Positions 1-10,309 of a DNA stretch of 64,000 nt are shown here, piece by piece; position 1 is the first letter of the stretch; every line of letters begins with the position of its first letter. The notes beneath the pieces were generated by a model. It worked only from the letters and a program-made list of their open reading frames with translations. It ran no database searches and was not told the origin of the DNA. The DNA is taken from sequence record NZ_CP027239.1. The stretch is one strand, 5' to 3'. Origin of the DNA: a plasmid. The position numbers were made by a program, and so were the translations under genes.

Positions 1-494
1 CCCGGAGCGTTCGCCGTGGCCAACGAGGTCGGCGGCACCCTCGCGGCGCTCGCTGTGCTGCTGGCAGTCTCCTCGACTGGCGGAGGGCGCGGAGGCGGCG
101 ACTTTCGTGGGTCCTCGCCGCTGGTCGGGTCGTGGGGAGGGCACCGCATTGGACTGCTCGACCCGGCCGACACCGCTGGCTACGTCGACATCAGCGAAGC
201 CGTGAGAGGCGCACTCGCCGCAGCAGGGGAGGGCATCTACCGCGAGACCGGCGACGGCACTATCCAACGGGGCGACCCGTGGGCGGACCACCCCTGGGCG
301 CACCTGGACCGGACCGCCTGACCCGGCCGCGCGGACCTCGGAACTGCGGCCGAGGCCCGCGCGGGGTCGTCTGCCATGTCGCCGCTGTCCGCCCCTGAAC
401 TGCGCCCTCCCATCTGCAAGATCCGCGCACTGCTGCACGCTCGAAGTGCCCGGGGACGGTGATGGCGTACCCACCGACACCAGGAGGAACCGCC

Positions 495-878
495 ATGACC
501 GGACACCACGCAGTTCTCGTCGACGTTGACGGCACCGTCACCGCTGAAACCTTCGACGCCATTGACCTCGACACCCTGACCTCCGCGCTCGACGTCAGGT
601 ACGTCGACTGCGTGCAGGTGCGGCCCCTCAATCGCGACCGCGCCGTCACCCTGGACGCGTGGGTGGACGATGAGGGCCTGTTCAACAGCCCTCCCAACCC
701 GGTCGCCTCCCAGTTGATCGCTGTGCTCTCCGAGCGGCCCTGCCAGCAGCTGTATGGCCGGGTCCTGCTCGCTGCCTGCGACCACGCCACTGGCGAGAGC
801 ATTGGCCTGAGCGCTGAGAACCAGGAGGGCCTGGTGGCCATGGGCGGGCTCCTGGCGAGACTGCTCGCCCGCGTGTGA
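495..878 (+). CDS. hypothetical protein (128 aa)
   Basis: Inside ORF 459..878. ATG at 495 follows AGGAGGAA. High GC3. No recognisable motif. Confidence 0.45.
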   Translation: MTGHHAVLVDVDGTVTAETFDAIDLDTLTSALDVRYVDCVQVRPLNRDRAVTLDAWVDDEGLFNSPPNPVASQLIAVLSERPCQQLYGRVLLAACDHATGESIGLSAENQEGLVAMGGLLARLLARV

Positions 879-1067
879 AGCGCCCTGCCCGGGAGGCCCG
901 CCAGCGCGGGCACCCCGGGCATTTCCGGCGGGCGGAGTCGGGCTGTCCGGCCCGCGGTGATGCCTGGCCGACGGTCGCCGGCCACCGCTCATCGGGGAGT
1001 GCTGCACCTTCTCGGGGCCGCGGGAAGGTCGATGCAGTCCAAACCCCCGAACGAAAGAAGGCCTCCA

Positions 1068-1694
1068 ATGTCGTGTTACGAGTGGGAGTCCGGCACCCTT
1101 GCCCTGCCGACCGCAGAGGTTCCGAAAATGCGGGCAGCGCTGAACGCGGCCCATTCCGCCCAGGTTGCGCGTGTGAAGGGCCTGCTCGATCAGCTGTGGC
1201 CCGAGCTCAAGAAGCTCCCGGCCGACAAGCGCCGCCGCGTCAACATGTACGACCCCAAGTTCAGGCAGCTGACCTCCACCGCCGATGTCGAGACAATGTC
1301 TGACCTCGATTCACTGCTCTACGCCAGCGACGGGCGCAAGCCCACGGCCGCGCACTGGAAGAAGGCGCTGGGCCACCCCGTCACAAACCGGACCTCGACC
1401 TGGCAGTGCGGCGAAGCCAGCATCGAACTCGAGGGCCGCCACCTGACCTGGAACGTGCCCGACAACAACCATGCCGTCGATCACGCCCGCGCATCTTGGC
1501 TCGGCCAGGCGCTGTTCGCCCAGCTGGCCCGCATCAACTGGACCCGCGGTTCCGGCGGCTACTTCGTCGGCAACAACGAGTACAACCAGGACACCTCTGA
1601 GCCGGGCGGCGGCGGAAACTACCTCACCGACACCTTCGGGCCCGCCGGAGACAAGGCCCGCAAGGCGCACAACGGGTTTGTCGCCTACTACTGA
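1068..1694 (+). CDS. hypothetical protein (208 aa)
   Basis: Internal ATG of ORF 957..1694 preceded by GAAAGAAGG (spacing about 6). Gly/Asn-rich C-terminus. Confidence 0.45.
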   Translation: MSCYEWESGTLALPTAEVPKMRAALNAAHSAQVARVKGLLDQLWPELKKLPADKRRRVNMYDPKFRQLTSTADVETMSDLDSLLYASDGRKPTAAHWKKALGHPVTNRTSTWQCGEASIELEGRHLTWNVPDNNHAVDHARASWLGQALFAQLARINWTRGSGGYFVGNNEYNQDTSEPGGGGNYLTDTFGPAGDKARKAHNGFVAYY

Positions 1695-1716
1695 CCGGCC
1701 GAAAGGAGCAACCGCC

Positions 1717-2136
1717 ATGAAGACCCTCGTGGAAGCCGACTACGTGCAGGCCGTGTGGCTGGGCACCGCAAGCCGCTACGGCCACAGTGACGAGCTCGTC
1801 GGTGGCCTCATCGCCGCAATCGACCGTCTCGACGACCGGGCCGTCAACACCGCGCTGGTCGACACCTGCCGCATGGACCTGGCCGTGGAGCGCCTGGGCA
1901 CCGCGCCCTGCTCCTGCGTCGACGAACTGCCCGAGAACGACCTCGCGCGGTGCCCGACGCTGGCCCCAGCGCTGGCAGAGGCGGGCCGGGCGATGATGCG
2001 GCAGGCCTGCGACTCGATCCGCCGCTGGAACGTGCTGGCCGTCAACGGCGGCTGGGTCGCCGCCGGGGTGGCCGACGACAACCACTACGACGGCACGATC
2101 CTCATCGGCCAGATCGACCCACTGGCCGGCACCTGA
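1717..2136 (+). CDS. hypothetical protein (139 aa)
   Basis: ATG at 1717 preceded by GAAAGGAG. Tightly packed behind the previous gene, so probably one operon. Confidence 0.5.
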   Translation: MKTLVEADYVQAVWLGTASRYGHSDELVGGLIAAIDRLDDRAVNTALVDTCRMDLAVERLGTAPCSCVDELPENDLARCPTLAPALAEAGRAMMRQACDSIRRWNVLAVNGGWVAAGVADDNHYDGTILIGQIDPLAGT

Positions 2137-2269
2137 CCCGCGGGGTTGGTGCGGTCACAGTCCGCACCAACCCCGCCTGAGTGCCGGCTGTGCCGCCTGT
2201 CCGGATGGGCACTGGGCGTTTGGCCCGCTCTGCACCCCGCTGCCGACGCGGTGATGCCATGCTGGGCGG

Positions 2270-2569
2270 ATGAGAAAAGCCATCGTGATCGCCGTCGAGC
2301 TGCGGCGGTACGTCGAGCCCGATGACCCTGCGGATGTGGACTGGTACGCCGAATGGGGCGTCCAGGGCGACAGCTCAGGCGTGGAGGACAGCCAAGAGTC
2401 GCTCCGCGAGCTCGTGGACGCCATCGTCGACGACGCTCGCAGATGGACCGACCGCTACGAAGTCACCATGGAGTGGAACATCGGCGGCGATGCGCCCGCC
2501 GGAAGCACCGTCGAAGACGAGATTCGCCGACTTGCTGTAGCCCTGCCCGCCCGCGTCGAGCCCTCCTGA
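2270..2569 (+). CDS. hypothetical acidic protein (99 aa)
   Basis: Complete ORF with coding-like composition. Weak RBS. Confidence 0.35.
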   Translation: MRKAIVIAVELRRYVEPDDPADVDWYAEWGVQGDSSGVEDSQESLRELVDAIVDDARRWTDRYEVTMEWNIGGDAPAGSTVEDEIRRLAVALPARVEPS

Positions 2570-2760
2570 CCTGGCAGGGGGGCGACGGGCGCGCCGCTCT
2601 GTCCGGCGGCGCTGCCCGGGCCGCGGCCCCGCCGGTGCACGTTGAGCGCCACCGTTGCCGGCCCGCATCTGAGGTCTGCTGCACTCCGTCGGGCCGCTGG
2701 TCGGATAGAGCCACAGCGGCCGGCACACGGTCGGCCCCGCTCGACTCCTTGGAGGCAGCC

Positions 2761-3060
2761 ATGAGCACCATCCCCACCGCGTCCGTCGCCGACAACCTCG
2801 CCACCGTCGAGGGCGTCAGCACCACCGTGTACCGCTCCCTGGTCGTCGCCCACATCGGCGACTACAAGACCGCGATGAAGATGGGCGCCCACAGCAACGC
2901 CCTGCGTGCCCTGGCGGAGGCCAGCCACCTGGGGCGGCAGTGGAAGAAGTCGGCGACCGAGCGCTGCCACGTGGCAGCGGCGACGGAGGCCGAGAAGCTG
3001 ATCGACTGGGCCACCGATCGGATGAACGAGCTGTGCGTGGCGGTGCTCGCCGCCGAGTAG
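2761..3060 (+). CDS. hypothetical protein (99 aa)
   Basis: ATG at 2761 right after GGAGG (2751-2755). It is the 3' part of ORF 2353..3060. Confidence 0.5.
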   Translation: MSTIPTASVADNLATVEGVSTTVYRSLVVAHIGDYKTAMKMGAHSNALRALAEASHLGRQWKKSATERCHVAAATEAEKLIDWATDRMNELCVAVLAAE

Positions 3061-3200
3061 CGCCCCCTGGGCCTGCGGCCCCTCTCACCGGACAGTGGGA
3101 GGGGCCGTTCGCTGTGCGCTGCACGCGGGAGGTGAGTCGTAGGCGGCGGTCCGCGCTGCCACCTGCGGCGTCGTCGCGGCGAGCGCCTACTCGCGCTATG

Positions 3201-3249
3201 CTCGGGTAACGAGGGAACCGAAAAGTGTTACCCGTTACCGGTTACCGAG
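3201..3249. promoter_or_regulatory. GGTAAC/GTTACC operator- or iteron-like repeats upstream of the KfrA-like gene
   Basis: CTCGGGTAACGAG at 3201-3213. GTTACCCGTTACCGGTTACCGAG at 3226-3249, three direct GTTACC units. The outer units form an inverted repeat (CTCGGGTAAC ... GGTTACCGAG). Ends 6 nt before the start codon at 3256. Confidence 0.45.
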
Positions 3250-3255
3250 GGTGCA

Positions 3256-3825
3256 ATGTCCGCCGACAAGATTGCCCGGGCCTACGGAGCCCTCGCCGCA
3301 CGCGGCGAGAAGATCACCGTGCGAGCCGTTCAGCGAGAGGCGGGTGTGCGGATCGGGGAGGTGGCGACCTGGCTCCGCGAGCACACCCCCAGCGCCAGCG
3401 AGGACGTGCCGGAGGCCCCAGACCTGTCCGAGGCGATCGAGGCCATGTCCCAGGCGGTCTGGGCGGCGGCGTGGGTGAGGGCGGCCGAGCAGGCCGAACA
3501 GTCGGTGGCCGAGTCCCTCGCCGCGGCTCGGGAAGGTGAGGCTGCGGCGCTGGCCGCAGCAGAGCAGGCCAGCGCCGAACGGGACGATGCGGTCGCCGAG
3601 CGTAACCGGATCGCCGGCGAAGCAGATCGGCTGCGGCGCGACCTCGCTCAGGCGCAGCGCGAGCTCGAGGGTGCTCAGCGGGAGGCGCAGCAGGCTCTGA
3701 CGCGGGCTGAGGAGTCAGATCGGGCCCGGGTGCGCGCCGAGGCGACCTCGGACACCCTGCGAGAGGTTGTGGACGCGTTCCGGCGAGGCGAGACCGGCTC
3801 CGCGGCAGCGTCGGGCACCCCGTAG
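3256..3825 (+). CDS. KfrA-like plasmid-maintenance DNA-binding protein (N-terminal HTH-like region + Ala/Glu/Arg-rich coiled coil)
   Basis: The N-terminus (IARAYGALAARGEKITVRAVQREAGV) looks like the KfrA N-terminal DNA-binding region. The rest is long low-complexity AEQA/RAEA heptad-like coiled coil. It sits behind the repeat operator. Confidence 0.5.
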   Translation: MSADKIARAYGALAARGEKITVRAVQREAGVRIGEVATWLREHTPSASEDVPEAPDLSEAIEAMSQAVWAAAWVRAAEQAEQSVAESLAAAREGEAAALAAAEQASAERDDAVAERNRIAGEADRLRRDLAQAQRELEGAQREAQQALTRAEESDRARVRAEATSDTLREVVDAFRRGETGSAAASGTP

Positions 3826-3881
3826 CGCGGCGGCTGTCCGGACCCGTTGCCTGGGCCACGGCAGGCGCGGGCTCGTCGCGG

Positions 3882-4286
3882 CTACAGGAACTCGACGACG
3901 CAGTCTAGGTCCACCTCCGCCCATCGGCCCTGGTCGAGGATGATGGTGACGCTGTCGCGGTCCTGGGCCTGCAGGCCGGTCAGGATCCCGCTGTAGGAGC
4001 AGGACAGGCCACCGAAGTCTACGGCCCGCCCGAGGTGGTGGCCGGCCAGCTCGGAGGCGAAGACCCGCGCGGGCCGGTCGACGGCAGGAGAGAGCAGCAC
4101 GGGGCAGTCGGGGCGGACGTCGATGACGGCCCGGTCCCCGGCGGAGGTCTCCAGGGTCACCGTGACCCCATCTTCGGCGACGTCGAGGCCGACCAGCGTT
4201 CCCGTGGCAGGGGTGCCTGCGGTCTCGATGGTGGCTGTGCGGCCGAGGTGGGCCGGGGCCAGAGCCGCGGCGGTGATGCTGATCAT
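3882..4286 (-). CDS. hypothetical protein (134 aa)
   Basis: Complete minus-strand ORF. GGGAG RBS upstream of ATG 4286. Confidence 0.45.
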   Translation of the reverse strand: MISITAAALAPAHLGRTATIETAGTPATGTLVGLDVAEDGVTVTLETSAGDRAVIDVRPDCPVLLSPAVDRPARVFASELAGHHLGRAVDFGGLSCSYSGILTGLQAQDRDSVTIILDQGRWAEVDLDCVVEFL

Positions 4287-4423
4287 GGTGTGGGGCTCCC
4301 GTCATCGGTGAGGTACTGCCCTTGATCCTCTCCGCGCGGTTTGCAGGTGCAGCACGCCGCGACAGCAGCCCCGCCGCCCGCCCTGCAGGGAGCAGAGCGG
4401 GCGGCGGGCGGGCGCGGTGGCGG

Positions 4424-7400
4424 CTATGCCGCAGCCTGCTCGTTGGCCTGGTCCTGCGCCAGGACGGCGATCCGTGCGGTGACGCGGTCGAGCTTGGCCT
4501 GCGCGTCGGTCAGCTCCTGCTCGCGGTCGAAGGTGAGCGAGTCGGCGACCGCGCGGAGCTGGTCGGCGTCGCGGCGCAACGCGTCGCGGCTGTCGTTGAG
4601 GCGGTTGATCTGCTCAGGCAGCCCCCTCGACCAGTCGTAGACGATCCGGTACAGCGCGTCAGCGAATCCGCTGGCAGAGCGGGGGACTGGACGGGGAAGG
4701 TCGAGGTGAGCCAGGACCGTTCCCCACCTGCACACCTGCACCGCGCGGCCCTTGCCGTACTCGGTGCGCTGCAGCGAGAGTTCGCCGAAGCGGTAGCGGC
4801 GGCTGTCGCGGCCCCGCAGGCTGCCGGCGGCCTCGTTGGCCTGCTCACGGGTCAGCGTGCGCTGGGTGTGCGTGAGGTTGGTGTGCACCCACTGCAGGGC
4901 CTGCGCGGCATCGTCTGCCCGGGCCGCAGAGTCCTCCCTGTGGCGGGCCTGGCTGAGCATGGCCTGCAGCTGCGCGCGGTGGGAGGCCCGGGCGATCTTG
5001 AGCTTCTGCACGGCCGCGGAGAGCGTGGCCTGCTCGATCAGTTCGGGGTGGCCGGTAGCTGCTGCGCTGACCTCGGCGAGGGAGACAGCGTCGCCGGAGA
5101 TGTCGAGGATTTCCCGATCCAACGGGGCGTTGGTGAACATCTGCTCGATCATCTGGTGCTTGCGGCGCACCGCGGCGGACACGAGCCCGTCGAAAGTGCC
5201 CTCGGTGACAACGGTGACGATGTCGACCGCCGGATTGAGGTTGCCCGGCCGCACCGCGCGACCTTCGCGCTGCCCCAAACTCGCCGCGGTCCAGGGCATA
5301 TCCACGTGATACAGCGCGCTGAGCCGGCGCTGCGCATTCACGCCGACGCCAGCCTTGGACGAACTGCCGAGCAGGACCGACACGCTGCCGACGCGGCACG
5401 CGGCGAACAGCTCCTCGCGCGCCTGAGTGGTGGCCGCCTCGTGAATGAACCGGATCCTCTCGGCCGGCAGCCCACGATCCACGAGCAGATCCCGCAGACG
5501 CCCATAGGTGCGGCCGTCGGGCCCGTGGGGCGATCCCAGGTCCAGGCACACCAGCTGGAACGTGCCGGTGGCGTCGCTGCCGGGGTAGCGGCGGTCGATG
5601 TTGGCCCAGTAGTGCTCGGCGATGCGATCGGCGGCCACGATCAGCTTCGGGGACGGCGCGTTGACGCCGACCAACTGGGGGTCCAGGGCCAGGGCGCGGC
5701 CGTCGTTGCACACCTTGAGAATGTTGTCGCCGCCGGGCTCGTTGCGGAACCCCTGCATCCGCAGCGCCTCGACCCGCTCCGACAGCGTGCGCATGTGCGC
5801 GATCTGGGCGGGGCTGGGCTTGGCGACCAGCAGGTGGCGGTTCACCTCGGGCCGCTCCAGGGGCAGTTCTGCGGAGGGCAGCATGTCGGTGAAGGCGCGC
5901 ATCATGGTTCGTGCTTCGGGGGCGTTGCGGATGCGGGCCGGGCGGGTGACAGCGCGAAGGTTCCCCCCGTCGGGCGAGGTTTCGATGACGGTCTCCCACT
6001 GGACGAAGGTGGCGGCCCAGGTGTCGAAGTTGCGACATTCCGCCTGGTCAAGCAGGGTGGGGGCGCAGATGCGCGCCCATACGAAAAGCTCCGAGAGGCT
6101 ATTTACAAACGGGGTGCCACTGCTGAGGGTCGCCACCGACCGGCCCGGGTACTTGGCGGCCAGGCTGGTGATCTTGATCAGCAGATCCAGGGCCCGCTGC
6201 GAGGTGCTGTTGCTCAGCCCGGACGTTCTCGTGGCGACGGGCAAGCCCTTGTAGAGGTGGGCCTCATCGACGCAAATATGGTCAACGGCCAGGTCGGCGA
6301 AGGTCAGAGCGTCGGGGTCATGGCGAGCCTCCCGCAGCGCGTCCATGCGGTTCTCCAGGGCGCGGCGGCGAGCGGCCAGCGCCTTGGCGCCACGAGTGCC
6401 GCCCTCGTCGCCGGACTGCAGCGCGGCCATCTCCTCGGCCAGGTAGGCCATCTCCACTTCGGGGTCCGCAGCCAGGGAGGTGAACAGCTCGTGGGAGACG
6501 ATCACCGCATCCCAATCACCGGCCGCGGCGCGGGCCACGAACTTGCGCTTGGCGCGGCCGGCGACCTGATCCTCAGTGGCGACAAGGAACTTCGCGGTAG
6601 GCCAGGTGGCGCGCGCTTCCCGGCTGAACTGAGCCAAAATAGGCTTCGGGACCGTGATAAGCGGCCGATTGGCCAGGCCGTATTCGCGCAGCTTAAGGCA
6701 CAATCCGACGAGCGTACGGGTCTTGCCGGCGCCGACTGAATGGGCCAAGTAGGCGGCCTGGTGTTCACACCGGAGTGCGTGGTCGATACCCCGCAGCTGG
6801 TTCTCCCACAGGGTCACCCCCGGCGCTATCGACGGGAACTGCAGATAGTCACCATTCGGACGCCTCGGGACCACCGAATTGTGCAGCCGGTTGTACCGCT
6901 CGCACGCCCGCTCGGCCCGCTGCGGATCCGACCACAGCCACACCGTGAACGCCTGCGTCAGCTCCACCAGGCGATCCGCCGCCAGCGCCGACTCCGAGGC
7001 GTTGCGTACCCGCCGCTCCCGCCGCGTCTCCGGGTCGGTGACCGTGTCGTACACGACCGGAGTCCCACCATTGAGGCCCGCGGTGACGATCTCGGCGACC
7101 GTCATCCGCGACGTCCCGTATCTGGTCTGAGCCTGCGCAGACGCCCCGCCGTAGCCGGTATCGACATCCCACGCCGCCACCGCCGGGGTGTACGACACCC
7201 GCGCATACCGGTAGCCCATCTCCTCCTCCAGGAACCGGGCGATGTCGCCGCCGGCCAGCCACGCCGCACCGAACGCGACACTGATCTCATCGGGCCCCAG
7301 CTGCGGCGGAAGTACCTCCTCCAACGCCTCGACGTTGCGCGCGAACGAGCCGTCGAACTGCGCCGCGGCCCGCGCCGTATCCAGCTTCGCCGCGATGTTG

Positions 7401-9124
7401 CCCGACAAGTACTCCTCGGCCGGCAGCAACGCCCCACCGTCGGGGTCGCGGAACGCCAGATCGCCCAACGCCTGGTCGACCTCGGTCTCGTCGATGGACA
7501 GCAGCGCGGCCACCGTCGACGGCACCAGCCGACCGTGACGGGCCAGCGACACCGTCACCGCCTCCCCGGCAGTGTCGACTCGGCGAATCGGCTCCGGCTC
7601 CCTGTTGGTGCGCTGCAGCAGGATCGGCGCCGGATGTGCGGTGTGGGTGGCCTCGTCGTACTGCTCGATACCGAATACGACCTCGGCCTGCGGGTCGGCC
7701 CGGAATCCGCCCATCCGCGGTCGCCGCGCGCGGCGAGTGGGCTCGCCCGTTGCCGGGTCGACCGGGCCGTCGACCACGCTCATCCTGTTCAACGGACCGT
7801 AGGAGGCCACGTACTGCCGGTACAGGTCCAGGGCGCGGGAGCGCAGCGGGTCCAGGACGGCGTCGGGGCTATGCCGCTTGGCTTCGGTCTCGATCAGCTC
7901 CAGCACGGCATCTCGCAGCTGCACCAGCGCCTGCAGCTCCGCGTTCTTCGCGCCGCGCGCGGGCACGAGAGCGCCGTCGACGACCTGATGGGCCAGCCCG
8001 TCGATCAGGTGAAACGAGCCCTCGGGGCGGCCTTCGGCGTCGACCAGGATCTCCGCATCGCGCCAAGACGGCTTGCCGTCGCTCTCGCCCCACGCCGGCA
8101 TGCGCTGCCCCAGCGCGGCGAACGCCCGGTCCAGCATCTCCGACGGCTTGCGGGTGACCACCGCCAGCGAATTGCGGAAGTGCCCGGTCGCCCGCATCTG
8201 GCCGGCCACCAACTCCGGGTTGTCGACGAAGAATCGCGATACCCGCACCGGCTGCACGCGGGCATCACCGGCCCGCACGGGCGTGTCGATCATCGCCGAC
8301 CCGAACGCCACCTGCTGCCGGTCACCGCCCTCGTCGAACGGCTGCCGGATCTGCAAAACCAGCAGGTCGGCGACAACATCCGTGCCCTCACCGGCAAACG
8401 CCTTCGACGGCAGCCGCACAGCGCCCACGAAGCGGGCCCGATCAGCGATCGCCGCCAGACCCTCCCGGCTGTCGAGGTGGAACCGGGAGGTGATGATCGC
8501 GACCAGGCCGCCCGGCCGCACCGCCTCAACCGCGCGCTGCAGGAAATAGCCGTGAAGGCTCGGGGCCGCGCCGTGCTTCGAGTGGATCCAGCCCGTGCCG
8601 AACGGCACGTTGCCCACCACCAGATCGAAACCCCCCGTCGGCAGGGTGACGTCCTGCAGCCGCTCACCCACGATGCGGGCCCGCGGATTGGCCAACTGGG
8701 CGATCTGCGCGGCCGTGGGGTCGATCTCCACCCCGTGGTAGTCGATGTCGAGCCCGTCGGGGCAGGCCAGAGCAAAGCGGCCGTGCCCGCACCCCAGGTC
8801 CAGCACCCGCCCGCCGGTGAACCCGGCATCGGACAGCAGGCTCCAGATCCGGCCAGCGACGTCCTCGCTGGTGTAGAAGGCGTTGTCGACCTGCTCGCTA
8901 CCGCGCGCCAACGCCTCCGCCCCCAGCAGTTCCTCCAACTGCTCGCCGATCCGCGCCCATGTCGCGGTCTGCTCCCGCTCAAAGATCGGGGCCAGCGGCC
9001 CCCAGCCGGGCCATGCCGCCAGCGCGGCGTGCTGCTCGGCCGTCAGCTCGTGACGGTTGGGCTTGGCGGCGAGCACCTGAGCGGCAGCGACAGCGGCGTG
9101 GCCGAACTTCGGCGAAGAGCTCAT
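4424..9124 (-). CDS. giant N6-adenine DNA methyltransferase–SF2 (SNF2/DEAH-type) helicase fusion, 1566 aa; anti-restriction (DarB-like) candidate
   Basis: AdoMet motif I VLDLGCGHGRF. Motif IV GNVPFG (NPPF-like). Helicase Walker A SVGAGKTRT. DEAH box ICVDEAHLY. Helicase-C motif VI QREGRAVRPGN. Long C-terminal coiled coil. GGAAGGA RBS upstream of ATG 9124. The long plus-strand ORFs 4322..6739 and 6740..9418 are antisense shadows. Confidence 0.85.
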   Translation of the reverse strand: MSSSPKFGHAAVAAAQVLAAKPNRHELTAEQHAALAAWPGWGPLAPIFEREQTATWARIGEQLEELLGAEALARGSEQVDNAFYTSEDVAGRIWSLLSDAGFTGGRVLDLGCGHGRFALACPDGLDIDYHGVEIDPTAAQIAQLANPRARIVGERLQDVTLPTGGFDLVVGNVPFGTGWIHSKHGAAPSLHGYFLQRAVEAVRPGGLVAIITSRFHLDSREGLAAIADRARFVGAVRLPSKAFAGEGTDVVADLLVLQIRQPFDEGGDRQQVAFGSAMIDTPVRAGDARVQPVRVSRFFVDNPELVAGQMRATGHFRNSLAVVTRKPSEMLDRAFAALGQRMPAWGESDGKPSWRDAEILVDAEGRPEGSFHLIDGLAHQVVDGALVPARGAKNAELQALVQLRDAVLELIETEAKRHSPDAVLDPLRSRALDLYRQYVASYGPLNRMSVVDGPVDPATGEPTRRARRPRMGGFRADPQAEVVFGIEQYDEATHTAHPAPILLQRTNREPEPIRRVDTAGEAVTVSLARHGRLVPSTVAALLSIDETEVDQALGDLAFRDPDGGALLPAEEYLSGNIAAKLDTARAAAQFDGSFARNVEALEEVLPPQLGPDEISVAFGAAWLAGGDIARFLEEEMGYRYARVSYTPAVAAWDVDTGYGGASAQAQTRYGTSRMTVAEIVTAGLNGGTPVVYDTVTDPETRRERRVRNASESALAADRLVELTQAFTVWLWSDPQRAERACERYNRLHNSVVPRRPNGDYLQFPSIAPGVTLWENQLRGIDHALRCEHQAAYLAHSVGAGKTRTLVGLCLKLREYGLANRPLITVPKPILAQFSREARATWPTAKFLVATEDQVAGRAKRKFVARAAAGDWDAVIVSHELFTSLAADPEVEMAYLAEEMAALQSGDEGGTRGAKALAARRRALENRMDALREARHDPDALTFADLAVDHICVDEAHLYKGLPVATRTSGLSNSTSQRALDLLIKITSLAAKYPGRSVATLSSGTPFVNSLSELFVWARICAPTLLDQAECRNFDTWAATFVQWETVIETSPDGGNLRAVTRPARIRNAPEARTMMRAFTDMLPSAELPLERPEVNRHLLVAKPSPAQIAHMRTLSERVEALRMQGFRNEPGGDNILKVCNDGRALALDPQLVGVNAPSPKLIVAADRIAEHYWANIDRRYPGSDATGTFQLVCLDLGSPHGPDGRTYGRLRDLLVDRGLPAERIRFIHEAATTQAREELFAACRVGSVSVLLGSSSKAGVGVNAQRRLSALYHVDMPWTAASLGQREGRAVRPGNLNPAVDIVTVVTEGTFDGLVSAAVRRKHQMIEQMFTNAPLDREILDISGDAVSLAEVSAAATGHPELIEQATLSAAVQKLKIARASHRAQLQAMLSQARHREDSAARADDAAQALQWVHTNLTHTQRTLTREQANEAAGSLRGRDSRRYRFGELSLQRTEYGKGRAVQVCRWGTVLAHLDLPRPVPRSASGFADALYRIVYDWSRGLPEQINRLNDSRDALRRDADQLRAVADSLTFDREQELTDAQAKLDRVTARIAVLAQDQANEQAAA

Positions 9125-9414
9125 AGAGGGCGTCCTTCCATACAGGGGCCCGCAGTAGCTCCCGCGAATCGCGACGGCAGGAGCTGGCAGGCAGGGGTGG
9201 GTCTGTGGGACGGGACTCTATGGACCACATTTCGGACTGCAGCACTGCCGAAAAACGGCACGACACCGCAAGCCGTCAGCTCGTGCCGGAGCGCGAAAAC
9301 GCCTCGTCAGGGCGGGGAAGGCGCCTGTGCGGCAGGCTTGCGAGCGCTGTCCGCCCGACCGGAGCGCGGCTCTGACCTCTCGCCGACCGCACACCGGCAC
9401 GAGCCGCCCCTACC

Positions 9415-9975
9415 GTGACCGGCATGAGCGCACACATTGCAGACGAGGACGCCGTCACGATCACCGTCAACCTGCCCCTGCCGGTTGATGTCGCGGCGAC
9501 CCTGACCCGCGCGATCGGCGCCATCTGGCCGAACACCACCATGGACATGAGCAGCTACTCCAGCCGCATGACCTACCGGGTCACAGCTGCCGACCGCCTG
9601 GCTGACGACCTCGATCTCGAGCAGGTCCGCCAGGCGCGGATCGCGATGCGAGAAGAACTCGAAGGCATCATCACCCGAATCGGTGCTGGCGAGGTTGGCG
9701 GCATCCCCGCAGAGGAGTACCTCGTCTACGTGGCCGCGCTGGCCGAGGCTTTCCTCGACGAGCACGGCGCCGCGAACTACGTCGAGCAGATCCTGTCCAC
9801 CCCAGATGGCCGGCGGCTCACCGTCACCACCCATGGGGCACACGGGCAGACTCCAGTCGAGCACCGCAACGATGCGCGCGCGGAAGCCGCGCGGATGCAC
9901 CGCTTGGAGGCGCGACTGAGGGCCCGCATCGACGACCTGAAGCGCGAACTCGCGGTCGCGAACGGCAGCGCCTGA
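9415..9975 (+). CDS. hypothetical protein (186 aa)
   Basis: Complete ORF, GTG 9415 or ATG 9424 start. C-terminal coiled coil. No clear RBS. Confidence 0.4.
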   Translation: MTGMSAHIADEDAVTITVNLPLPVDVAATLTRAIGAIWPNTTMDMSSYSSRMTYRVTAADRLADDLDLEQVRQARIAMREELEGIITRIGAGEVGGIPAEEYLVYVAALAEAFLDEHGAANYVEQILSTPDGRRLTVTTHGAHGQTPVEHRNDARAEAARMHRLEARLRARIDDLKRELAVANGSA

Positions 9976-10084
9976 ACCGGGCTAGCAGGCTCGTCACCGG
10001 CGGCGGTTCGACGCTGCTGCACCCCGCATCCGCACAGCGAGGATGGGGAACACCGCAAGACGAACCCAACCCCGGGAGGCTCCG

Positions 10085-10309
10085 ATGCCCTACACACACG
10101 ACGACGTCAGCACCGCCGCCAACGGCGCAGCGAGCATGCTCGACGGTCTCGGCTTGGACCCCGACACCGCGACGCTGATCGACTTCGTCGTCAACGCCAC
10201 CCTGACGCTGCTCGAGAACGGGGACGCGGGTATCGAGGACGTCCTCGAGGAAAACTGGGACGACAGCGAGGACCGCGACACCATTCGCACCATCGTCACC
10301 GGCAACTGA
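10085..10309 (+). CDS. small acidic hypothetical protein (74 aa)
   Basis: ATG 10085 preceded by GGGAGG. Asp/Glu-rich. Confidence 0.4.
   Translation: MPYTHDDVSTAANGAASMLDGLGLDPDTATLIDFVVNATLTLLENGDAGIEDVLEENWDDSEDRDTIRTIVTGN

Noticed and set aside
4322-9418. Very long plus-strand ORFs 4322..6739 (805 aa) and 6740..9418 (892 aa)
   Set aside because: They lie entirely antisense to the well-supported 1566-aa methyltransferase–helicase gene. Translations are low-complexity Arg/Gly/Pro-rich with no motifs, the usual high-GC antisense shadow.
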